A stretch of DNA of 62,699 bases, taken from contig MQRK01254065.1 of the NCBI GenBank assembly GCA_001938485.1, positions 1-62,699 of the forward strand, read 5' to 3'. Each line of letters opens with the position of its first letter. Position 1 is the stretch's first letter. The DNA comes from Girardia tigrina (taxonomy: Eukaryota). This document shows positions 13,135 through 28,100 of this stretch, piece after piece. Below the pieces are notes generated by a model. That model was not told the origin of the DNA, searched no databases, and was given only the letters and a program-made list of their open reading frames with translations. Position numbers and translations under genes: made by a program.

Positions 13135-16100
13135 TAATCGATAATTATTAACGATTAATTAATTAATTTCATTTGGAAATTTTATATTCGGATTTATTTG
13201 TGTCGGGTTATCAATTTTCCCATTTATCCAAAGGATGTTTCCAAAGGATGTTTACCATGGAATAATAAAACTGTCTACAGTGGATTTTAATAAATCTCTT
13301 GTAATTATATTTTTTTGTCTTATAAACAATTTAACAACGACAATTTTCGATCAAAAATTTCAATTTCAAAAAGAATTATTTGAAAGCCACGTCCACTACA
13401 AATATCGTTGTCGATTAGCACAATTATAACCACAGTAAGAACTCAAATTGTCGGTATTTTATATCAAGTTTCTTTTATTATCGTTTTACTGTTATATTGT
13501 TATTTAGTTTTTTAAATTAAAATTTACTTTCTTTATATAAGGTAAGAATCTTATAAGGTGCTGTATTTTCGTGAAATAGAATATCTTAAACGGAGTGCAT
13601 TTACTATTACACATGACAACGCCAGGCCTCATACCACCATAATAACACAGTAATTTCTGCCTACTAATTGTATTCAATGAATATCCCCGCCGCCCTATTC
13701 GCGTGACATGAACCTACTTCAGAGGTTTATATTCAGGAACACGAAGACAAAGTGGAATCACCGACAGTTACTGAACAAGGCTGCAGTGTAAGCTTTCGTT
13801 TATGAGGGGTTTACTTATTGTTGCGTATTGTTGTATATCAGTTAAATTCTTGATTGTTGAATATAATTTTGTGAGATTGTTTAGAGTCGCAATTTTTTCT
13901 GATAATCTTATATATTGAATAAATTGTTTCCTGTACTAATTTTCAATTCTCTTCGCATTGCTTAAATTGTCTAACTTTAAAAAACGATAATGTCTTATGG
14001 AAAAATAAAATTTGTAAAACATTGAAAATTCATATTTCGAATCAGTTTGAACAATTTTGCAAATTATGTAAAGTGTTATTTGACCTTCAGTGCTTAGTTG
14101 TGGTATGGTACTAAGCCATTTAACCAGTCAGGATAAACCAATCTGAAAAAATTAAATTCTATAAATGACCTCTGAGTCCTATTGTATTTTCATTATTACT
14201 ACAAATGTGCTTTTTCTTTTATAATAAAACCAAACAAATGGATGTGAACATAAATAAATATTTACATTATTTATATCTAAGTCATGCGTGAAACAAGAAC
14301 CCGGCCTGACAATGAAACTAAAACTTAAAATTTGAAGCTGCAGGATTAGTAAATGGGGATCAACCGCAATTTATTAAATATTTTTGCATTGAACAATTTT
14401 AAGCTCTAAACATTTCAAGAAGTATTTTATGAGAGAAACACATACAGTCGAACGATGACAAGGGAATTTAAGCACTTTTTCAATAAGTGCCCTTCGAACG
14501 TCTTTAAGCAAACGCTTGTTGGCGGAAGTATATGGATAGAAAGTGGAGTGATGTTCAGAAACGGTAGCTAATTATCTTTAAAAGATAAAAAACAATCATT
14601 AAAATTTTTTCGATTAATTTCAACGGATCAACTCTGTAAACGAATCCAGGAACAAAATCAAAAAGTGGATGAGAGTTAAATTGCTCAAAATGGAATTATA
14701 TGTTTAGATAGTGTAGTAGATTTAATTTTAAAATTAAAAGTAAATTTAAAATTTTGTATTCACAATTTGATAATTACTGAGAGAGGATGATATATGAAGC
14801 ACTGATGATTGAGACTTTTGATCCAAAATTCAACGTGCAAACATCATCCTCTTCTATTTTATCAAAAATATTCTGAGGATTCATGGATTATGAAATGATT
14901 ACGTTCATATGTCTAAATATATAAAAGTCAGTTTATCAGTTTTGATCTATTTTCGCTTGATGATGACGGTTGATACGTCAAAATTAATCGCAATAAATTT
15001 TGATGATTGTTTTTTTTGTCTTTTTAAGATAACTTATCATCGTTTTTTAGATATTTATACCTAATTGTAATTATCTTTTTGTGTTATAGAGATAATGTGT
15101 TGAAGAGATTGCTTCCGACGTCAGGCCTGGTACTCATCGAATTTATTTCAAAATAAGTTTACCTTTTTTAAACATGATTCATAATTTTTCAAAGCCATTG
15201 CATATTGTATTCTTTCCATTTTATTTCTCGTCGTGTTTTCAAGAAATATACTCTGAAAGTCTTTTAGTTGTTCCGCATGTGGTTTACCAGCAGCTCTAAC
15301 AATATAGTGTAAAGCTATTTCCTTTAATGAGTCTGGACAACCAGAAGACACCGTTTTATATTTTCTTCCAGGATATGGAAAATCGAAATTTACTGTTTCA
15401 CTGTTAAATATCCGTAGCAGTTTTGGACAATTGTCTCCATATATTTGTAATATTTTTTCTAAAAAATAACAAATATCATTAGTACTATCTTTTTCTTTTT
15501 GAAGTCAAAAATTAAAAATTTTATTATACAAATAAAATATTACTAAAGATTGTTGAGAGCAAAGTTATTGAATACAATATTACACAATAAAAGTCAAAAA
15601 TATATAATAAGTTATTAATACTATTACATTTTTACTACAGTATCTGTTAAAATTACAATTTCTACTATTAGTTGAATTATAAATTTTAATAATTTACAAA
15701 ATACCTGCAACAACATTTACACTTTGATTAGAAGGACCACAGTAGAGAACGGTAGATGAATTATTTTGTCTTTGGTTGTAAAGTGCGTAATAATATGCTA
15801 TCATGCATCCAACCATTGTTTTACCCGTTCCTATATATACATAAATGCATTATAAAAACCCCATATAATAATATGTTATATAAAGTATACTGTAAAGCTA
15901 TTATATTACAAAGTTTTTTGAAAAGGAAATGATACCTCAGAAATGACTACACACAGTAATAAACTTAAATTACAATGGTATTTTGTATGTTAAGTAAAAA
16001 AACCTAGCTTATTGTCTTCTACTAGTAATCATGCATGTTATTGTTATGCATATATTTGAAGTTTTGGTTACAAGGGTAACCATTGTTATCACCTAGCAAT

Positions 16101-19100
16101 TTTAAAGGAGAGTATACTTCTTTTTTACCAGTAAAGTTCTTTAAAAACACACATGTATATTCCTGCATAATAGCATACATGCTAAATCTGCCAAAGTAAT
16201 CAGATCCTGGTTCAAAAAATAGAGATTTCATGCCTTACTTGACCTGCATAATCGCCTAATATGAACCCAAAGGAGCGCATTTGATTTATTTTTGATCAAG
16301 CTTCTATCAAAAACCGAAACATGTTTTCTTTTTCCTATGCTTACTAGATTCTTCTCGAGAGGAACAGCTGCCCACTCTAAAAGTATTACCAACAGATTAT
16401 TCTTCATTATGATTATGCTTTCACGTAATATCACTTGAATAAATCCCGTCGCAAATCTAACAAGTGCTGATTGATTCATGTCTTACTATTTGTTTTAATA
16501 AATGTTTTTCTTCTTTGGTGCCCATTTACTTGTGACAAATCAATGTATATTTAATTTATTAATCAGTTCAAACTCTTAGTCTTTACTCACAAATTGTTAG
16601 GTATTCTATTAATAAATATCAAGAGTGGAATTAAGGGTAATTACCATAGTACTATTTCCAAAGAATTGATATAAAGAAACCTACTTAATGTTGTTAATTT
16701 CTGAGATACCATAGTCTTATGTGACGATAAATAGACGCTTAGCAAAATTAAAATTAGAACTCAATAAAAAATTGTATCTCGGTTTATTATTAAACAATTT
16801 CAGCCTAGAGAATGTCAACTGAAAATCCTGTGAACATTGGCGTGATTCCGCCCAAAATGCAATTCTTTTAACTAACTTCGCCACCAACTTACAGCTCTAT
16901 CTAACTGAAGTAATTCATCGATATTGATTATATCATCGTCACTGAACCACCTCGCCATTATCAATAAGAATTTCTCGTAGATAATTTTAATAACGTATTA
17001 ATTATTTATTAATTGAAAATAACAAATCAGTTCATTATATCTTTTACTTATGACCGTAATAAAAACACAAAACTCGACATTGTATAAGTCACTATAATTA
17101 TAGGACAATGAAAGACTTAAATCGGTAAAGACAATATCTGGACATGTATCACAATATTTTTTAAAAGTCATACAAAAATTCAATTATAGAGGTTTCCATG
17201 TGGAGATTAATACTATTTGTTAACTTTCTCCGTTCTTTCACCTTGATGGCCTCTTACAAGCCGTGAAGTAGAATCACATAGTACTTCTCATTTACCTTTG
17301 TATTTCTTTCCTTATATTCAACTAATAACAGCCCTTTGAAATCAAAAAATCCTGTCGCCAATATCCTTTTAGTTTACTGAGTGACCTTGATCTTTTGAGG
17401 AGAAACATACATGGCTTTCTCAATTTCATTGACTCGCTTTTATACTTGATCATATTACAATACCAATGTTTTATCTCCAGTAATAATGGACTATTTTGAA
17501 GGCTTCAGTTATATTTATCAAAAACTCTTGGCAGCATCTCACTCGTTCCTATTTAGGAAAAATCGAAAGAAGCCATGTAATTCACCTTGCAATAACTTTA
17601 TTCATGTGAAAAATTATTCATGATGAATTGAGGTGTCAGTTGTTTTAGATAGCTCTAAGATTACTGCAATTTTCTAGTCTTCAAACGGTGGTTCCATGGA
17701 ACATAAGCCTTAACAAGAGTGATAATATGTGAAGTGAAGATCGTCGCCAAGTTTTTCTCGACCAAATTAAAAAATTTAACCATTTCTTTGTCGGTTGAAT
17801 ATAATGGAAAAGACTTACAATAAAATGAATTAAATCGCTGCTTCATTACTGTTGGTCATACATTTTAACAATTCTATATTCAATTTAAAACATCTAAGAG
17901 CCCAAAGAATATGTTACATAAAAGTAGTGCTACAATTAGACGAATAAAAACAATTGCTATTTATATAGAAATAATAATAACATATGCTTAGTCAAACTAT
18001 TAGCAAAGTAGGAATCAATCACAATAACCGCAAGTTAGTAAGGCCACAAACTTTCTCACAAGACAACGCATTTAAATAATAATTCACATTGTTATTAAAT
18101 TAGAATTAAATTCGCACAACTGAAAATTATTTTTTTAATTTGATCATAAAAAAATATCATTATTCAAAAATTTTAAACTTGTTTATTTGGGAAAATTAAA
18201 TAAATTTATTGAAATATTTCAATAAATAACCAAACTGATCATTTGGTTTGTGTATTCCGGATGTCAAATAGAGTCGGCTTCGCCCCGAACGACATCATTG
18301 TGAATAGGCTTGAGATCCATCAAACGCGAAAGGAACATCTCAAGCTACGGTGTATTCTTCCGGTGCGTTTTAATTCGATCTCCGGGTCGGCCCAAGGGAA
18401 TGCAGTGAAAGTTCTGCCATATAAGAAAACCAATTTGTTTTCAACAGATGCGAAGGAAGTCAAAAAGTCAAATGAGACATCTTTCTACGTAGTTTATTTA
18501 TTTGCCAAAATCCTCATTAGTAAAACAAATTTTAATTATTTTTTTTCAAACACTGTTAAATTCTTTTTCTTAATTGTTTTCTCAATCCGCGAGCACCGAA
18601 TTTTGTTTATTAGATTACTTGATTATCTCTGGCACTAGAAATTAATAGACATAAACTACTCCGTTTCTACTAAATCATTTGAAAGAGTAAATTTATTAGA
18701 CATATATAGTATGTCATTTTAGCCCAGGAGATTAAAGTCGAGGAGGGTAATGGAAATTGAAAAACTAAGGCTTTGTGAGAAAAGTGTAGTGGGTTTCAAA
18801 ATTTTTTTTTACAATTTTCGATGCCATCCTCGTTCCTAATCTACTGATCTAAAATAGCAGACGATACACGTCTATAAAATTTACTCTTTAAAATAAACAA
18901 GTAGTAAAGAACAATTTATGTCAATTGATTTTGAATGCAAGAGGTAAGCTAATAATTATTAGACTTTGAAAACGTTTCAAAATATAGTTACTCAAATGTG
19001 AAAAAATAAAAACTATATACCTGGGGGTCCCCAAATTAAAGTGAAACTTTTAGTAATAGATTTCTGCAAAGCATCTGTTTGTCTCTCATTCAGTATACAC

Positions 19101-22100
19101 TTAGATTTCATGTCCTTTAAAGTTTTATTATACAATTCAAGCACATCTAAAATAGCAGTGTATAAGACATTCAATAATTAACTATATATATACATCTGTT
19201 TTGGTCACTCTTTGCAAAATTTCTCATCACAATATTTGCTGCAAAAGACTCTGGCTGTAATTTTTTCAAAGTTTTTTCGAAAATTCTAAATTAAATTTTT
19301 TTAAATATATTAGAAAATTTCATAAAATATTTCTAAATAAAAATTAATTTTAGTAGATGAAGCAGTGACTATCTTTGTTCCATGTATAAGAAGGAATAAT
19401 AGAAACATCACAATCACACATAAGCATAATTATACATTTGAAAAAAGATTTTTGATATGATTGATTGTGACTGGATGTATTTAACATTTAACCCCTTTTC
19501 AAGATGAAGCGCATGTGTTTGTAATACCTGAAAACCTGAGCTGGTACCTTTCTTCATCCCACCAATAGTTGCAGCAATATTAGTCATGAGATCAGGTATG
19601 GTCATTGATACTATTCCAATTTATTGAAGTATCGCATTGACTGTTGACAATATTTCCACAATCGCGTACAACTGAGGAAGATAATTCGGCAAAGAAAGTG
19701 ACTGATTTATAATAAATATCAATTATCATCACAATTATTGACTGCTCAAAATGCAATTGCTCCAATTTATTCAGTTTCTAGTTCCGCAACATCAATTGAA
19801 AGCGTGTTGAAATATCCAAAGCAGGTAAAAATCAACAAAAAGTAAAATTTGTCTAAAATAATATTGCTGGATTATGTTTACGTGATCAAGCAAAATTTTT
19901 AACTTTGGATGAAAGAGAAAAATTAAAAGCTTTAGAAAAAGAAAACGCTTCGATAAAAAAGATAAAAAATCTTCCAAACAACCGAAAAGACCAAAAGATT
20001 TCCGCCTTCAAAGAAAACGAAAAAAATGAAATTTTACGCGTAAATCCTGAATTGGCATCCCAATTGAAAATTCATCCCAAGTAAGACAAACCTCCAATTT
20101 TGGAGGAATATCCAGAATTGTTGTCAACCATAATACAAATTTTCAACACATGGAGCTGCAGCAGATGACAATCGACGCTGTGAGAGTTTAGGTATTATGA
20201 AAACGCTAAAAGATTTGACAGAAGCTTTACAAAATGAAGGTTTTTATATAGGAAGACTTACTACTATTTACTACCATTTACAAATGAGAAATGTACGAAT
20301 AATCGATGGAAAAATGTATTACGAATATTCCGGTAAAGCTTATTAAAGCAGAAAACGATCACCGCAAGTCTCATCCAGACTCAATTTTTTATATTGTTAC
20401 CATCAGTAATTTAATGGAATTGGCTTTTTGTCTTAGATCTGGTAAAGTTACAATAATAAGCCAGGATGATAAAAAAAAGTTCCAACTTTCAGCAGCATAA
20501 TTGTCAAGCACCTGTACTAATGAACATGAAATACGGTGTTAAGTCACTAGATCCCTACTGAATTGTTACAGAAAACCATAAATTGATACCTTTCTTGTAC
20601 GCAGCATTTATAATTAAATCTGAGGTATACAAAATGTATTCAATATTCAAGATCAACATACATAGCAAACAAGATCTGATATACATTCAAAGTCTACTGA
20701 CAACTCACATGCACGAGATTTTGAAAGACTTTATGAAATTGAAAGCTTCGAACGGCTTTTTAAGCACTTTTCATATACCTTCACTGTATTTCATCTTGTT
20801 AAAAAGATTAAAACACGAATCTTGGCTTTAGACGAAGAATCAAAAGAGTTCAAGTGGCAGAAAGATAATGACGAAATAAATCAGATCAGAGAAGATATTA
20901 GAATGGGAAGAACAAAGAAATGGATACTGAAATACAATATTGTGACAACAATAGATAACAAATATTAGATTCATAGAACCCCAATGACAGAATTTGTGGA
21001 AGACGCTCAGGAGATGCTGTGCCATGCTGCTAGTAAAAAGGTTTATAACTATTTGAAAGATGATTTTGATATGGTTAATATGAGATATATAATTAAGGAA
21101 ATTGTAAAATGTTGCATAAACTGTCAAAAGAGAAAGACTTTAACCACAAAAACGAAATAAAGTTTTATTAAACAATTTGCTGATGAACCATTTCAAAAGC
21201 TGTATATGGATTTTTGCGGGCTATTTAAAAGGACTTTAAATGGATATCAATATATATAATCGATTTAATTAATCAATTTAGCAGGTATATAAGTCTGAAT
21301 GCTGTATTTCATCAAGATAAGAAAACTCTACGAAAGGTACTACTGGACAGATGAATTTGGAAATTCGAACCACCAAAAGAGATCCATGTGGATAGAGGTG
21401 AGGCATTCGAATCGGCACTTTTCAAAGACACACTGAAGAGATTTAAAGGAGAAATAATTTATTCCAGTCCTTATCATCACAATACCAATGGCATCATTGA
21501 AAGACAATTTAGAACTATTAGAGATGCTATGAACATAAGGATAAAAGATCAAGCCCACAAAGATTGGACGGAAATATTGCCAGAAGTAGAATTTATGATG
21601 AACAGCACAATTCAAGCTACCACAGGAATCTCACCAGCAGAAATGATATTTGGTAGGAAGCTAAGACATTGGTGGAATGATACTAAGAAACATAGTTGTA
21701 ATAAGAAAGAAAAGAGCGAAAATACGATAGAGACAAAACAAATATTTTATACAGGGATAAAGTGTTGATAACCAATAAAATTTAAATTAAATATTTTAAA
21801 TAGAATAATTTTCTTTAAGTTAGTTCAGATTATAATTAGAAATATTAAAAATTGAGTAATGTATTAAAGTGAAAGCAATACTATTGATCATCATAGAGAT
21901 GATAAAAAATCTGAATGAAATAAATGTTCTGTCAAATGTGTGAGTTCTCTTAACGATTTATTTTTAATTTGAAAGTGATTAAAATAATTATGAAATTTTA
22001 ATAAAGCTATGAAACCTATTCGAAATTGGTGTTTCCATGAATTCGACTGAATAAAGTTGACTTTCCGAATGCTTCATTGGGAAACTTGAATGAACTAACT

Positions 22101-25100
22101 TTATCGTCAAATGAACTGTTAATTCTTGATCTAAAGTATTATTTTTCTCTATTAAACAAACATCTGACATTCGACAATGCCCGATCCAATAAACATTTTT
22201 TTCTTCAATGAAAGTTTGAATACATAATAAATAATCCATTTTATTTCTTTTCACAGCTTCCTCTAGAGCTTGAAAAGAATCAAATTTACTCGTTTTCTCG
22301 TGAACTAACCGAAGAAACCTTTCTTTACACCATTTGTCTTCTAAAACTATAATTCCATAATTATCTTCTGTTAAATTACATCCAGCTTCAATCTTTGACT
22401 TTTTCATAGCAATCCAAATTATTTTTAAATCATGAATATAAAAACTAGATTCACTATTAATAGTCTGATAAATTCCTTCAAGTCTGTTAAGAATGATAAA
22501 TTGGGATTTATATTTGTTGATATCATGAAATCTTTCATAACTAATATTCAATAATTCTTGAGGATTCATGAAGTACTTCAAAGGGTCATTTCTATGGCAA
22601 AGACAAACTCTGAAATCCGGATTTATTATCCAAATTTCCGGAATGATCTTCATTATTCCATTACTGTAATCATAACCGAATTGGATCCTCATTATTTGTC
22701 GAGGTCGCATAGAAAAATTTAATGTCACTGTTGTATCAATACTCTTTATTATTTCTGATGTTATTCTTTTCTTATACGTCTCATTAATAAGGATATTTTC
22801 AATTGTTATACTTCTTGAATGTGCATTATCTGAGTTAATCATTGAGTATTGTTTGTCATTCAATCTTAAACTGTAAATATCTTCTAATAAAATGTGATTT
22901 AATTCAAATGAAGAGTTAATATTGGAAATATTATATAAAAATATTCTTGCTTTCCATGTCAAATCTAAATCATATTCAATTATAGGGTATTCATAAGTAA
23001 TAACTTTAGAAAGACCTAATGCGTTATAAAGAATAAAATTTTCATGGTTTACTTCATCTAAAAATGGATGATGAAAGAAGATTCTGTCATTCCAATGTTC
23101 TTCATAGACACAATCGAGTACGAAGCTCGACCCCTCAAACAAATGTCGAATCTCATATCCGTTACAAATTTTCCAATATTTATCGAAAGATATTTTGTAT
23201 TTTTCATAATCTACCAAACTTTTAATTTGTTTTCTTAAGTCAACATCTTTATTATCTTTTGTTAAGATTCTTTGCAACTCAGCATCCAAATAACATGACA
23301 ATGGATTCGTAATACTTAATAATTGGGAACGAACAATTTCTTTCCTGTTCCTTGAACATGTATTTGTTGCAAAATAATTTGCAAAATTAAGTCCATTTAT
23401 CAAAGTTTCTTTTTCATGAAACACACAATATGAATCTGTGATTTCTGTATTGAAAGTTTCCTTCCACTTGTGATGATAAAAATCCACATCTGGACATAAT
23501 GATTCACAGTGAAATAATTTTGTAGAATTACCTTTCAAAACTTCGCATATAAATTGTTTACTAAATCGTGGATTTGGAGATTGTCGACGTTGAAATGTGT
23601 TGACAAATCGACAAATTCGGTTATTCAATACAGGAGAATATTTCATATTGTTATTCAAAGCTGCCTCGGTACAAATGTTGCTCAGTAAGTCTGAGTCAAT
23701 AGGCCGAAAATCCCTATATATCAGAGAAGCTCTTTTGTTTATCAAAAATTGTAATTCCTCTTCTATAACCAATGCTGTTTCGTTTACTTTCAGTTGAAAA
23801 TTTGGATAGAAACAGTTTGGTCTTATGTTACCTTTTATCCTATTATAGTGACATTGTTCACAAAATTCATAAATTCTATTCAAGAAATGATAACCGTCTA
23901 TATTATTATTTATTAAATGATCAGTAATGTTAACATCTAGTTCCATGTCCAAAATAATTTTCTCAAATGTAAAGCTTGAATATTCAATATTTAAGACTGA
24001 TGTTGTATCATTTACGTTTAAATAACAAGAAATAACATCCGTTTCTTTATCCTTCTGTATTGACAAAATTTCCGTCGTGAGATATGTGGAAAATAAATAA
24101 TCTGGCTGCATATGGTTTTGTTCTTCTTTTCCAACGTTTGGCAAAAGAAATGTAAAAAAGCGATGTCGTGCAAGATCATCTATATGATTATCATTTGCTT
24201 GAATCACTTTCAATACGTTAACAATATGAATTCCGACACTCATTCGTGTTTCATCAATCTTCTCAAAGCTGTAAGCAATCTCATTGAATTCCTTCTTTGG
24301 ATGTTTTATGGAAAAATATTTTCTTTTACTTTCTAGATGAAGTTCATTTTTATTATTATGGTATTTTTGTGAATCTTTCATCTTTTCTTTTTTAATTCTA
24401 ATGATATCATCTTGTATGAACCTTTCTTCGTCAAGTCCAATGGTAGATATATCACATGATACCTTAATTAAATTTAAAGTATTTTCAAATTTAACATCTG
24501 GTGTATGTAAACCAATGACTTCACCAAATGGAAATCTAAAGTTTTCATCCCATGTTTTATAAAGGACTGAAAATATAAAGTCGCATCTGTAACTATCCAC
24601 ACAACGAATCTCTTTTACTGTTGTTGTCATATCTTCGTTCAATTGTTTTATGGTCACAAAATGTCCATTGGCGAATGATTCGATGCGATCAATATTTATT
24701 TCTGATTGAATAATTGAACTCAAATTAACAACTTTTTTCATATTTTTAAGATCCTTGTAATTTTCTTTTACTTGGCGTTTAGCGTATTTATTGTCAACAA
24801 CGATAAGTGGGATAGTGTTACAGATGGGTTTCATCAGATTCGATTTTCCACAAATTAGATGACACAGGAAGATTTTATGAACTGGTTGGACATTGCTTTG
24901 CAATACAGACACCACTCGACCAGTAAAAGGAGCAGGTTTCGGATGGTTGTTCTCAAAAATCTAAAAATAATTATTTTAAAAATTATAATTAATATACAAA
25001 TAAATATGATCAAAATTTATTTTTGATTGATTAATAGAACACAAATTAACAAAGTTATTCATATTCTTAGGATCTTGATAATTTTCTTTGGATTTTTAAT

Positions 25101-28100
25101 AAGTTTTAAATAATTTTTGGTTGAATATTTTCTAATATTAATATCTACAGAGTAATTCAAAATGAATGACCATTGAAATTTAAATTAAAAATTAATTATA
25201 TTTTGAATTGGATTTTACACTTTAAAAACCGAGCATTTACATTTTAATCACTCGCAACTTCTACCAAGATCCACAATAAGGTATACAATATTCATTATAT
25301 ATATGCTATTTTATAAAAAAAATTATTGAAAGTGTTAATAAAATATAAATTAAATATTATTTAAAAAAATTTATTAACTTTCGAGTCGCTCAATAATACA
25401 GAGTCCACATACATGAAAGCAAATATTATATAACACTGCACAACAAAATGGCAATCTTTTTCTGATGAATGACTTTTATCAAGTGATATTTACTTATTTG
25501 AAGTCGCTGATTCTAAAAATACCCTCATGTTTTTGTATCAGCTCTTCTTTATGAGTTATAGCGTTCACTTAAAATTCTGTGTTTTATAGCATAGATTTGT
25601 TTGATAATTACGTTTTTTACAGTTTTCTTAAGTATAACTTCATATGACATGGTCAAGACGAGTTTATGTGATTAATGCGAATCATTTTTTGTTTCATTTC
25701 TGCAGAATATATGTTTACAGAATATCGTTTAAACGTTTTTAAAAGAAGCTTACATGAATTACTGTGGTCACCCTCTGGAAATGAAACAAAAGCCTTGAGT
25801 TCCGCTAAAGTTATGCAAAACTTTCGTTGAGTTTTTAGGTTTGTGGACAAATAAGAAAAGGAATAAATTTAGATACAAAACCGCTATGAACTATAAACTA
25901 CTACGACGACTGTTATTTTTGTTTCCTGAACATAATTGTCCTAAACCGATAAAATCAAGCCAATTAGGAATAACCTTGTATAGAATAAGATTATGGACGT
26001 ATTTTGAGCCCTAAAGTACCACCTGAACCTCTAGCTGATGCATCACAGAAGAAGCCTATGCATTTTGAGGCGGAAAATGACAGTAGTGATAGTGATTTCG
26101 ATTGTGGCGTGGCCAAAACTTTTTAACCAAGACGATTTAAACGACCTTATAAGAGATCTGGTACTGTTAAAAAATGCTTCAGAAAATTTAGCGTCTAGAC
26201 TAAAAGAAAAAAGACTTAACAATAAAACAAACTAAAATTTCTTATTACCGTACAAGAGTAGAAAATCTTAAAAAATTGCTGAAAAAGAAGAATTCATATT
26301 TTGTAAAGATATACCTGGTTTGATGGCTGCAATGAGATTACAAAAATAAGTTTCTAGTGAGTGACGTTTATTCAAAGACTCATCAAAATGGACTCTTAGT
26401 GTGTCCTCTTACACAATGGCAATATGGTCGTTGGCTATTGCACATTCTACAAAAGTAAAACAAGAATATGCAACTGTTGTTCTGGTTTTGAAAAAAAATA
26501 AATATGTGGAACACTTTCTTTTAGGCCAACATAGTGGATACACAAATTATCCCTGTTTTCTTTGCTTGTTAGAGAGTAGAGCTAAAAATCAACATTGGAT
26601 AAGAAATGATTAACCTATTCGAAACATTCTAGTTTCATGAAAACTAAACATGGTAGACCCACCTTTAGTATCAAGGGATCGTATAATTTTGCAACCGTTA
26701 CATATAAAACTAAGTCTTATCAAACAATTTGTAAGAGATCTGGATGTTTGATCAACCCGATGGAGGGAGAACACCCCATTATGAATGTATTTCGTGTTTG
26801 CCGCCAGTATTTGTACTGAAAATAGAGTTTTCTTAAGTTGATATTGGAAAAATCATTTATTACAAATGGAAGAGAACAGTCAACTGCTGGAATTCATAAA
26901 TAAATTATCTACATGATCCATGACTGCACGGTTAGCATCAGAACATGCACCAAGTAAGTAGCCAAACTCACGAGTTGAAACTTTGTCTCCGAAGATGAGT
27001 CACACAGTAGAAAGTCGTCATATCATCTGGAGGAGAAGATACAAACTTGTGTGTATCTCATATACGCAAACCAATGAAGCAAATACAAAAAGAATAACCC
27101 TGCACCTACTTCGAAAGTATCTCAGCAACTATTTCTTGCAACACTTTATAATAGGTGATGAAAACTGGATTTATCGACAGAATGATGGGTATCAATGGCA
27201 TAAGTCTTGGCTAGGTTCTAGATATCAACCTAGTACAGAAATAAAAACATCGAACATTCACCGTATTCACCAAACTTCTCCACAAATTATAAACTCTTTC
27301 AGCTTATAAACTATGCACGATAAGGAAAAAAATATACATGTTCCTTTTATGTGAAACATGAGATCCAACAATGATCAAATTTGAAGCAGACAAATTATTT
27401 AAGAAATGAATCAACAATCTACAAGGAAGGCGGCAACGATGCATTAATTAAAATGATAACTATTTTGAACCTTTGTGTGATGATGATTAGATAAATTGTT
27501 ACCATTCATTTTCGTAGACCTTTCATGATAAAACATTTAAGCCAATCCTGTATTCTCAATGCATTTAAATTTCGGATCGCCTTGTAATAATCTGATATGG
27601 CCATTTAAGAAATATAAATTATAATTTACTTTCTTTTCTGGACAAGATATTTATAAAATGTATATTGAAGGACGGGGATTAACATTAAACAAATATCTTC
27701 TTCCACATTATTCATCATGAATTTTCAGTAAAATTTGTTGATTGACTTTATAAAATATTACAGCTTTTAGAGAGATGATCTAGCCTTTAAATCTGATCTA
27801 CCTTTTAGAGGAGTATGCACCATAAAGTCATTTCAATTTTTTATTAACTTTAATGAGTCTCCACCACCAGAGTCCTCAATAAAACAATAGTGCTTAAATG
27901 ATGAAATTATGGGATATGGAAATGACAGTAATATCTCTTATTTCTTAGATGGAAATAAGAAGACAATTATCAATCATAACGCAAAGTAAACGATAACATT
28001 AAAAAACTGATAACAAACGAAATTACATCGGAGAGCAAACACATGTTCCATGGATAACTAACTTTCTATCAACCTATGCTCAGAATTTCCACCTAGAGCA

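Noticed and set aside
7833-19146. Three exons of exactly 126 nt suggesting exon duplication
   Set aside because: They encode different helicase motifs and share no sequence similarity; coincidence.
21988-24915. Stand-alone intronless or viral gene
   Set aside because: It has in-phase splice sites at both ends that join it to the OB-domain and helicase exons.
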